A stretch of 40,000 nucleotides of DNA from Pseudomonas sp. DNDY-54 (GCF_019880365.1 NZ_CP082271.1:3446083-3486082); one strand, 5' to 3'; shown: positions 18,912 to 24,586, counted from the stretch's first letter. Translations and numbers: made by a program. The notes: generated by a model from the sequence alone, not told the origin.

Positions 18912-18987
18912 GCCTAACAAGCGGTTCAAGCCGCTCACTTCGTTCGCTGGGACTGGCTAAAGCCAGCCCCTTAACCAAACGTTAGGT
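18912..18987 (+). repeat. attC 1 (76 bp, diverged member of the array's main attC family)
   Basis: GCCTAAC ... GTTAGGT. The central stem gactggctaaagccagcc differs from the family's gacgggctaaagcccgcc by a compensatory pair (G>T with C>A). Confidence 0.85.
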
Positions 18988-18992
18988 ATCAA

Positions 18993-19226
18993 ATGCTAAA
19001 CCGCTACCCTGACCAAGCCCGCACCCGTAGAGGTTACGCATTAACGGGAGCGTTGTTTTTGATATTTGGCCTATTTATGCTTTTTATCGGTTCAGCAGCA
19101 GGAACTCTTGTCGGTGTGGTCATGGCCTGTACATTACTTATTCCAGCATGCCTATTTAGCCACTCTCGCTTCAAAAAATATAATAGTGCCATTTCATGGG
19201 TAGCCAACTTTGGTAACCTGTCGTGA
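18993..19226 (+). CDS. Cassette 2 (18982-19297): hypothetical small membrane protein, 2 TM
   Basis: 77 aa. The ATG is 11 nt after the crossover. Hydrophobic segments are ALTGALFLIFGLFMLFIGSAAG and LVGVVMACTLLIPACLF. The stop lies just before attC 2. Confidence 0.6.
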   Translation: MLNRYPDQARTRRGYALTGALFLIFGLFMLFIGSAAGTLVGVVMACTLLIPACLFSHSRFKKYNSAISWVANFGNLS

Positions 19227-19227
19227 A

Positions 19228-19303
19228 ACCTAACTAGTGGTTCAAGTCGTTCGCTTCGCTCACTGGGACGGGCTAAAGCCCGCCCCTTAACCAAACGTTA
19301 GGC
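19228..19303 (+). repeat. attC 2 (76 bp, main family)
   Basis: ACCTAAC...ggttcaagtcgttcgcttcgctcactgggacgggctaaagcccgccccttaaccaaacGTTAGGC. The inverse core complements the cassette start TTAGGT. Confidence 0.9.
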
Positions 19304-19305
19304 GA

Positions 19306-19725
19306 GTGAGTCTTTTTATCGGAGTATGGAGTAGTACCGATATGGCGTATTTTTTTGACATGCTTTTCGGATTAATTTTTGTCTTCGTCGCTTCTCTAGG
19401 CTTGATTATCACACCACTGAAGAAATATGTTTCGTTAAAAATTGTCGTAGTAGCAATATTCATGTCACCACTCGTTTTGCTAGTTACGTCTTTATGCGTC
19501 TCTCAGGTTGACGCGGTGGGCGTTGAGGGATTCTTGGCAGGTGACTTTCTTTGCTCTAGTCTGCATGGCGCCAGTTCACACGGATGCGGTATAGGCGGTG
19601 CTCTTTTTGATGCGTTTCTAGTAGCAGGCCTGTTCAGCCTAGTTAGCTTCGGGTTGTTTCCTATTGCTGCCTTTGTGGTATCCCTTTTACTTCTTTCAAT
19701 ATTGAAGAAACTACTTTGTCACTAG
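19306..19725 (+). CDS. Cassette 3 (19298-19888): hypothetical polytopic membrane protein
   Basis: 139 aa from the GTG at 19306; the ATG at 19342 is an alternative start. About 4 hydrophobic segments with a Cys/Gly/His-containing loop (CSSLHGASSHGCGIGG). Confidence 0.6.
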   Translation: MSLFIGVWSSTDMAYFFDMLFGLIFVFVASLGLIITPLKKYVSLKIVVVAIFMSPLVLLVTSLCVSQVDAVGVEGFLAGDFLCSSLHGASSHGCGIGGALFDAFLVAGLFSLVSFGLFPIAAFVVSLLLLSILKKLLCH

Positions 19726-19782
19726 GTACGGTCGCCCGCTCGCTGTTTCCGGCCGCCGCTAGCGCGCCATGAAGTCCGCATG

Positions 19783-19894
19783 GCCTAACCGTTCGTTCAA
19801 GCCGAACCTGCTTCGTTGCAGCACCATCGTGGCAGAAAAAACTTGCCACGCCGTTGCTTCCACTACGCAGTTCGGCTTAACTCAGGCGTTAGGG
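19783..19894 (+). repeat. attC 3 (112 bp, heterologous type)
   Basis: GCCTAAC cgttcgttcaagccgaac ... gttcggcttaactcaggc GTTAGGG, with a long imperfect central palindrome. Its sequence is unrelated to the main family. Confidence 0.85.
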
Positions 19895-19901
19895 TAAGAA
19901 C

Positions 19902-20363
19902 ATGCTCCTTCAGCTAAACGCTAATAAAGACAACCACAGGAAGGTTTTAGCTGAGTTGATAAAACGCTCTGAAATATCAGTACTGTGCTCTGGATGGCTG
20001 AAACAGGCGGGGCTTAAACACTTACTCCCCGCCATTGATCTCGCCTTAAAAAATAAAAGCCAAATCACTATTTACTCAAATAAAAAACATACTGATAGCG
20101 AAGCAATAGAATCTCTAAAATCAAGAGAGTCAATTCTCCACATAGTAGTAGACGACAGCGCTAAATATCTTCATTCAAAAATATACTACTTCGAGAACGC
20201 TGGTGAATATAAAGCAATCATAGGTTCTGCGAACATCACGAACGGCGGATTAACCTCTAACGAAGAGCTTTCAGTAAGCCTGGCAGGAACTATTGGTGAC
20301 AGTCAGAACAATCAAATAAAAAAATATCTAGCTCGGCTTAAAACCGTGGGCCACCCAAACTAG
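19902..20363 (+). CDS. Cassette 4 (19889-20423): PLD-superfamily (single HKD motif) nuclease-like protein
   Basis: 153 aa. The relaxed HKD motif is LHSKIYYFENAGEYKAIIGSANITNGG...NEE (H91, K93, E98, G108-S109-x-N111; nt about 20172-20234). The TAG stop lies inside attC 4. Confidence 0.65.
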   Translation: MLLQLNANKDNHRKVLAELIKRSEISVLCSGWLKQAGLKHLLPAIDLALKNKSQITIYSNKKHTDSEAIESLKSRESILHIVVDDSAKYLHSKIYYFENAGEYKAIIGSANITNGGLTSNEELSVSLAGTIGDSQNNQIKKYLARLKTVGHPN

Positions 20364-20429
20364 TGGTTCAAACCGTTCGCTGCGCTCACTGGGACGGGCT
20401 AAAGCCCGCCCCTTAACCAAACGTTATGT
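20354..20429 (+). repeat. attC 4 (76 bp, main family)
   Basis: CCCAAAC...ggttcaaaccgttcgctgcgctcactgggacgggctaaagcccgccccttaaccaaacGTTATGT. There is one mismatch to the complement of the cassette start TTAGGG. Confidence 0.9.
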
Positions 20430-20451
20430 GGCAGCTCATCTGAGAATGTGA

Positions 20452-20787
20452 ATGACTGATAAATTCGATGAAACTAGAGCAAAGTTTCTGAGCACAGATT
20501 ATCTGCTATGGCGTAATGTGCTTTCTTGCGTTGTTCTGGTTGTGCTATCTACAGGCGCTGTATCGTCTTGGTGGTACGCCTATTACACGACTCCTGGGGC
20601 CGAGTGCCACAGAGGTTTCTTTTACTTTTCGGTTCTGTGGCTTGTTGTTCAATGGGTAGTCATTGGTTATCTATATCGGTATCGGAATGTCCCTGCATTT
20701 GCTCGGGGTGCGATAGAAATGCTAATTCTGGTCGCTAATATTTGGTTTGTGCTTTTCATTTTTTCGCTTGAGCCGTGTGTCTCGTGA
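20452..20787 (+). CDS. Cassette 5 (20424-20872): hypothetical membrane protein, about 3 TM, Trp/Tyr-rich
   Basis: 111 aa. Hydrophobic segments are VLSCVVLVVLSTGAV, FFYFSVLWLVVQWVVIGYLY and IEMLILVANIWFVLFIF. Confidence 0.6.
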   Translation: MTDKFDETRAKFLSTDYLLWRNVLSCVVLVVLSTGAVSSWWYAYYTTPGAECHRGFFYFSVLWLVVQWVVIGYLYRYRNVPAFARGAIEMLILVANIWFVLFIFSLEPCVS

Positions 20788-20794
20788 CGCAAGC

Positions 20795-20878
20795 ACATAA
20801 CCAGTGCAGGCACGGCGACGCCCTTTTCATTGCGCCTTCGGCTCCATTCCAAGGGCGCGCATGCTGCAAGCGTTATGT
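20795..20878 (+). repeat. attC 5 (84 bp, heterologous type)
   Basis: ACATAAC cagtgcagg ... gctgcaagc GTTATGT. The inverse core exactly complements the cassette start TTATGT. Its sequence is unrelated to the main family. Confidence 0.8.
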
Positions 20879-20887
20879 ACCAAAGCC

Positions 20888-21325
20888 ATGAATATCATTG
20901 AAGCAATAAAAATGTCTTGGGGCTGGGTCGGTATTGAGCCAGAGGAAATCATTGGTGAAAACGATTTCGGAAATCTGATCATCAAGGACAATCGCGGCAG
21001 GTATTGGCGCCTATGCCCTGAAGATGTTTATTGTCAAGTAATCGCCGAAAATAGAAACGAGCTTGATGCGCTCTCGACAAACCAAGATTTCTTAGCTGAT
21101 TGGTACATGGCTGCGTTGACTGAACAAGCTAAAGAGAGACTTGGCTCATTGCTGCCCGGTCACAAATATCACTTGGTCATACCGAGCGGGCTTGGTGGCG
21201 AGTATACATTATCAAATATTCGTACAGTTCCACAGATCGAGCAAATACACTTCTCTGGAGACATCGGAAAGCAAATATCCGATCTCCCTGATGGCGCTAA
21301 AGTAAAACTCAAGGTTATCGAGTAA
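20888..21325 (+). CDS. Cassette 6 (20873-21399): DUF1851 / T6SS-immunity Tdi1 C-terminal-like protein (tentative)
   Basis: The ATG at 20888 is the first start inside the cassette; the ORF-track start at 20804 lies in the previous cassette/attC. 145 aa. The blocks FGNLIIKDNRGRYWRLCPEDV and LPGHKYHLVIPSGLGGEYTLSNIRTV...IHF resemble my recollection of the DUF1851 signature (..cy.f.P.l.LGG....n...v). This has not been checked against a profile. Confidence 0.45.
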   Translation: MNIIEAIKMSWGWVGIEPEEIIGENDFGNLIIKDNRGRYWRLCPEDVYCQVIAENRNELDALSTNQDFLADWYMAALTEQAKERLGSLLPGHKYHLVIPSGLGGEYTLSNIRTVPQIEQIHFSGDIGKQISDLPDGAKVKLKVIE

Positions 21326-21329
21326 AGGC

Positions 21330-21405
21330 ACATAACAAGTGGTTCAAATCGTTCGCTTCGCTCACTGGGACGGGCTAAAGCCCGCCCCTTAACCATACGT
21401 TAGAA
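21330..21405 (+). repeat. attC 6 (76 bp, main family)
   Basis: ACATAAC aagtggttcaaatcgttcgcttcgctcactgggacgggctaaagcccgccccttaaccatacGTTAGAA. Confidence 0.9.
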
Positions 21406-21410
21406 GTCAC

Positions 21411-21869
21411 ATGGATATCGTAGCCCCAATCATCGCAATTCTTTTTACATGGCGCTTTTTACTCAGCCTAGCCATCTCAGTAGTGCTTGCATTTTTGTTA
21501 GCTCAACACTTTGGGCTAGTAGCTAGTTTTTTTACAATCTGTATTGGCGTGGGTTTTGGCGCTATTTGGCAGGGTCGTTGGTTATCTGGCCTAGCTTTGT
21601 TCGAGCCTGCCCAAGCTCAGTTAGTATCTAAGCCCATTGCATTTATTGGTTTCGCTTTTATTGGGGCCATATGGGGTGGTCTTGTAGGCCAGCTATTCGG
21701 CTCTACGCTAATTGGGGCATTAGTTTTGCTGGCTGGCGTTACACTAACAGGCGCTTGGTTTACCCTAGTTCTTAAACTACACGCACAGCTTTTTAAACTC
21801 ATATTAGTCGCTATATCTTTGCTCATCGGATTTTTTAGCATTTACGTATACGGCTTACGTCAGGTATAA
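21411..21869 (+). CDS. Cassette 7 (21400-21945): hypothetical polytopic membrane protein, Gly-rich helices
   Basis: 152 aa. The ATG is 11 nt after the crossover. About 4-5 TM segments with GxxxG-like runs (IGVGFGAIWQG, FIGFAFIGAIWGGLVGQLFG). Confidence 0.6.
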   Translation: MDIVAPIIAILFTWRFLLSLAISVVLAFLLAQHFGLVASFFTICIGVGFGAIWQGRWLSGLALFEPAQAQLVSKPIAFIGFAFIGAIWGGLVGQLFGSTLIGALVLLAGVTLTGAWFTLVLKLHAQLFKLILVAISLLIGFFSIYVYGLRQV

Positions 21870-21875
21870 GGCGCC

Positions 21876-21951
21876 TTCTAACAAGTCGCTCAAATCGTTC
21901 GCTTCGCTCACTGGGACGGGCTAAAGCCCGCCCCTTAACCAAACGTTATGC
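21876..21951 (+). repeat. attC 7 (76 bp, main family)
   Basis: TTCTAAC aagtcgctcaaatcgttcgcttcgctcactgggacgggctaaagcccgccccttaaccaaacGTTATGC. The inverse core complements the cassette start TTAGAA. Confidence 0.9.
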
Positions 21952-21972
21952 GTAAACAAGGAAGGAGTCAGC

Positions 21973-22287
21973 ATGGCAAATAGTTGGAACATTCCAAGCT
22001 GGCTCGAAAAAGAAGTCCGCGCGAGGGACAAAAAAAGCGTTTATTGCGGCATAGCATTCACAACAGCCAAGATCTCAAAGAAAACTTGCGCGATCTGGGA
22101 GCACATTTTAAATGACGCGAAAATCATTACTCTCGAAAACATTACTCTATGCTGCTGCTCATGCAACGCTAGTAAAGGACAAAAACAGCTTTCTGCATGG
22201 CTTCTTTCAAAATACTGTGTTGACCGCCAAATCACGCGAGAGTCAGTGGCCCCAATAATCAAGCAGGCATTAGCCAACGGGCTTTAG
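21973..22287 (+). CDS. Cassette 8 (21946-22362): small HNH-motif endonuclease-like protein
   Basis: 104 aa with a GGAAGGAG SD upstream. HNH-like layout: VYCG (C25) ... WEHILND (H44) ... ENITLCCCSCNASKG (N56, C61-x-x-C64, N65). The first zinc-knuckle CxxC appears incomplete (SVYC). Confidence 0.6.
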   Translation: MANSWNIPSWLEKEVRARDKKSVYCGIAFTTAKISKKTCAIWEHILNDAKIITLENITLCCCSCNASKGQKQLSAWLLSKYCVDRQITRESVAPIIKQALANGL

Positions 22288-22292
22288 CAACC

Positions 22293-22368
22293 GCATAACA
22301 ATTGGTTCAAACCGTTCGCTTCGCTCACTGGGACGGGCTAAAGCCCGCCCCTTAACCAACCGTTAGAT
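22293..22368 (+). repeat. attC 8 (76 bp, main family)
   Basis: GCATAAC aattggttcaaaccgttcgcttcgctcactgggacgggctaaagcccgccccttaaccaaccGTTAGAT. The inverse core complements the cassette start TTATGC. Confidence 0.9.
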
Positions 22369-22771
22369 GCTTATACCTATGAATACTTACTCTGCCCATT
22401 GGCTAGCTCGAATGATTGAACGCCTGCCTTCCGACGAGCCGGTTTCACTCGGCACTCAAGGCTATGCCCATTACACCACGCAGCGTGATCATTGGTTGGG
22501 CTGGCTAGATCCAAACAGAAAAGCAGTGAAGTATGCGAGGAGCAGCGGCCCTGGACGGGATGCGAGATATGCTTACAACCACATAATGGAGCCCAAAATG
22601 CTGCTGTGGCTAATCTCTGCTGCTGGTTTCCCTAATAGCGAACTTGAAAGGGCTAGAGAAGAAGCACAAGGAAAGAAAGCGTTCGCGAGCAAGTGTGCTG
22701 CTATTAGGCGGGTTGTATCGTGGGAAAAAATGGCAGCTGCGCTAACTGCAGGCCCAAACCACGATAGCTAA
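22367..22771 (+). CDS. Cassette 9 (22363-22837): hypothetical soluble protein, no recognised domain
   Basis: 134 aa. The ATG at 22367 overlaps the attC 8 core (GTTAGATG); the ATG at 22379 is an alternative. The composition is non-membrane and Trp/Arg-containing (HWLARMIERL, HWLGWLDPN). Confidence 0.55.
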   Translation: MLIPMNTYSAHWLARMIERLPSDEPVSLGTQGYAHYTTQRDHWLGWLDPNRKAVKYARSSGPGRDARYAYNHIMEPKMLLWLISAAGFPNSELERAREEAQGKKAFASKCAAIRRVVSWEKMAAALTAGPNHDS

Positions 22772-22843
22772 CAAATGGTTCTTAAATCGTTCGCCTAGCT
22801 CACTGGGACGGGCTAACCCCCGCCCCCAAACCAAACGTTAGGC
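22766..22843 (+). repeat. attC 9 (78 bp, main family, slightly diverged)
   Basis: AGCTAAC aaatggttcttaaatcgttcgcctagctcactgggacgggctaacccccgcccccaaaccaaacGTTAGGC. Confidence 0.85.
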
Positions 22844-22886
22844 AAAAATCAAATCCAACGCGTAGCTGCTCACCTGTGGTTTAGGA

Positions 22887-23138
22887 GTGCCGTTTTCTAT
22901 CTTCTTTGGCGCGCAAGTAGGTGCTTATGTCGTGGGCTTTATCTGGTCAGCAAAAGGCGTTTCTTTATTAGCTTTTCATATCGTTCCCTGCAGTGGTTTT
23001 TTCCCAACAAATGGTTCAAAGCGTTCGCTCCGCTTAATCGATACCGGTTCATGCCCGCCCACTAACCAAACGTTTAGACGGTTCTGCAGCTCGCTCCGCC
23101 GGGTGTCGATATGGATCGTGTTCGTTCGACTAACTTGA
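22887..23138 (+). pseudogene. Cassette 10 (22838-23072): short decayed cassette; the ORF runs through the attC and past the array end
   Basis: The GTG-started 83-aa frame has no spacing to its putative SD. It crosses attC 10 and the last crossover, so it is most likely a remnant or not a gene. Confidence 0.25.
23002..23078 (+). repeat. attC 10 (77 bp, degenerate terminal copy of the main family)
   Basis: TCCCAAC aaatggttcaaagcgttcgctccgcttaatcgataccggttcatgcccgcccactaaccaaacGTTTAGA. The flanks are conserved, but the central stem is disrupted and the core is GTTTAGA instead of GTTAGR. Confidence 0.65.
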
Positions 23139-23185
23139 TCAAGCGGCAGACAGCCCCTCGCTGAGTCAGCAAGAAGGAGAACACG

Positions 23186-23623
23186 ATGCCAGCGTTAATC
23201 GTCCGTAAATCTATCTGTATAAGCGCGCCACCGTCGAAGGTCTGGAACACCCTTACGTCGCCGAGCGCGATAAGGCGCTGGATGCTGGTGACGCCGGTCT
23301 TAGAGAGTGATGGCCCGCTACAGTTGGGAAATAGGGTCCGATGGAATGACGAACATGGCCGAACCTATCTCACCGGTACGGTCGTCACGCTTGATCCACT
23401 GCAGAAACTCGTGCTCGCGCTGGAAGATATCAGTTGGCCACGAAAGGCAAGGCCGGGCGAGGTGACATACGGGCTGACGCTTTCGGAATCGGACGGCGGG
23501 TCTCGTCTGGAGTTTGTGCTCGGTGACCTGGCGATCGATCCGGATGGCCAGCAGTGGTTCGAGGCGTATAGCGCCAGCGAAGAGTTGGCAATCATCAAAG
23601 CCATGGCGGAGGACCGACCGTGA
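23186..23623 (+). CDS. SRPBCC-superfamily (AHSA1/START-like) protein
   Basis: 145 aa with an AAGGAG SD. The N-terminal I.A....VW..LT.P..I..W pattern is typical of the Aha1/SRPBCC family. Confidence 0.6.
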   Translation: MPALIVRKSICISAPPSKVWNTLTSPSAIRRWMLVTPVLESDGPLQLGNRVRWNDEHGRTYLTGTVVTLDPLQKLVLALEDISWPRKARPGEVTYGLTLSESDGGSRLEFVLGDLAIDPDGQQWFEAYSASEELAIIKAMAEDRP

Positions 23624-24021
23624 GTCGTATCGACACTCGCTGTTTATGCGGAGCCGTTCACCTACGGATCCATCATCAGCCGGTGGCTCAGTTTTACTGC
23701 CACTGTGACGATTGCCAGGCCGTGCATGGTGCGTCGTATGTGGGCGTGGCTGTCTTTCCCTCGGACGCCGTCGAGGTCATTCGAGGCGCGCCGATCTCGT
23801 GGACGTACAAGACACTGCCCCGACAACGCTGCCGGACATGTGGGACGCTTCTGATCGCGCGCGTGCCAGATTCAGCGCTAACAGGCATCAAGGCAAACCT
23901 GTTGCCGCCAGGCACGTTCACGCCGGCGTTTCACATCCATTGTCAGTTCGCGGTGCTTCCGGTTGTGGATGATCTACCGCACTACGCGTCCCTGCCGGGC
24001 GTCTTCGGGGGTACTTTATGA
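23620..24021 (+). CDS. GFA/CENP-V family (glutathione-dependent formaldehyde-activating-like) zinc protein
   Basis: 133 aa. The GTG start overlaps the upstream stop (GTGA). Cys pattern: CLCG...CHCDDC...C..CG. Confidence 0.65.
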   Translation: MSRIDTRCLCGAVHLRIHHQPVAQFYCHCDDCQAVHGASYVGVAVFPSDAVEVIRGAPISWTYKTLPRQRCRTCGTLLIARVPDSALTGIKANLLPPGTFTPAFHIHCQFAVLPVVDDLPHYASLPGVFGGTL

Positions 24022-24136
24022 CGTGGTCGCCTGGTGATGGGAAACGTCGTAAAGCATCCAGTAGGCAATGCGTGAACGTCCGCATGTGAGGCCGAGCGCA
24101 ACCGGTTAAAACTTCAGGAAAACCTTCTGGGCAGCC

Positions 24137-24514
24137 ATGACAAAAACAACGCCACGGGTATTCCCGATCCTCTGCTTTGTCGTGATCACAATGGCGGTAG
24201 CGATCCCCCTGATTGATGTTGGGTATTGCCGCTACGTCTTGGCCGGCGCGGTTGAGTCCGATGACGCGCTACGGTACCGGGACGGCATTGCATTCAGTCG
24301 AAGCGACGATACGCCGTTCACCGGTACAGCCTATCGTTCTGTGTGCGGCGGCGACTGCGGATTTGCGGGTTGTTCAGCACTTCACTGGTATGCGGTATTC
24401 GAAAATGGAAAGCGGACGACGGGCTTCCTACCGAAGTCGGGAGGGGCGAATGATTATTTCAACCTATCGCTCTTTGGCGAGTACACACCTGTTAGATATG
24501 ACGACACGTTTTAA
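24137..24514 (+). CDS. Hypothetical N-terminally anchored protein
   Basis: 125 aa. It has a TM anchor (VFPILCFVVITMAVAIPLI) and a Cys-rich middle (CGGDCGFAGC). No domain recognised. Confidence 0.4.
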   Translation: MTKTTPRVFPILCFVVITMAVAIPLIDVGYCRYVLAGAVESDDALRYRDGIAFSRSDDTPFTGTAYRSVCGGDCGFAGCSALHWYAVFENGKRTTGFLPKSGGANDYFNLSLFGEYTPVRYDDTF

Positions 24515-24586
24515 TTCTTAGCCGTTTCCTCCTCGCGCTTTCGATCTGTGCGCTAGACGGGCGCGGCTAGACAAGGATGTCACCCC

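Larger units (their letters stand above)
17575..23078. mobile_element. Chromosomal (sedentary-type) integron: intI, attI and a 10-cassette array
   Basis: An integron-type tyrosine recombinase lies divergent from a GTTAGGC attI core. It is followed by 10 units, each ending in an imperfect-palindrome attC bounded by RYYYAAC and GTTRRRY. For 7 of 10 cassettes, the first 6 nt are the exact complement of that cassette's own attC inverse core, as expected for circularisable cassettes. Confidence 0.9.

Noticed and set aside
18707-18985. 92-aa plus-strand ORF in cassette 1
   Set aside because: It reads through attC 1 to the TAG inside the GTTAGGT core. It has a biased Arg/Ser/Pro composition and no good SD. 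I treat it as doubtful and discuss it as an ORF-less cassette instead.
19034-19294. Minus-strand ORF beginning MVKGRALARPSERSER... (and its twin at 21169-21396)
   Set aside because: The shared N-terminus is simply the translation of the conserved attC sequence. Both lie antisense to better cassette ORFs, so they are repeat-derived artefacts.
20804-20887. N-terminal extension of the cassette 6 ORF (ORF-track start 20804)
   Set aside because: The extension lies in attC 5, within the previous cassette. The first in-cassette ATG is at 20888.
18912-23078. Regularly spaced near-identical repeats that could be mistaken for a CRISPR array
   Set aside because: The repeats are 76-112 bp imperfect palindromes bounded by RYYYAAC/GTTRRRY. 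The 'spacers' are 235-590 bp and contain ORFs, and an integron integrase (not cas genes) is adjacent. These are attC sites.
24137-24514. MORN/YwqK-like repeat assignment for the 125-aa anchored protein
   Set aside because: Only a vague Y.dG...F.G / Y..f.nGk resemblance, which is insufficient. It is left as hypothetical.
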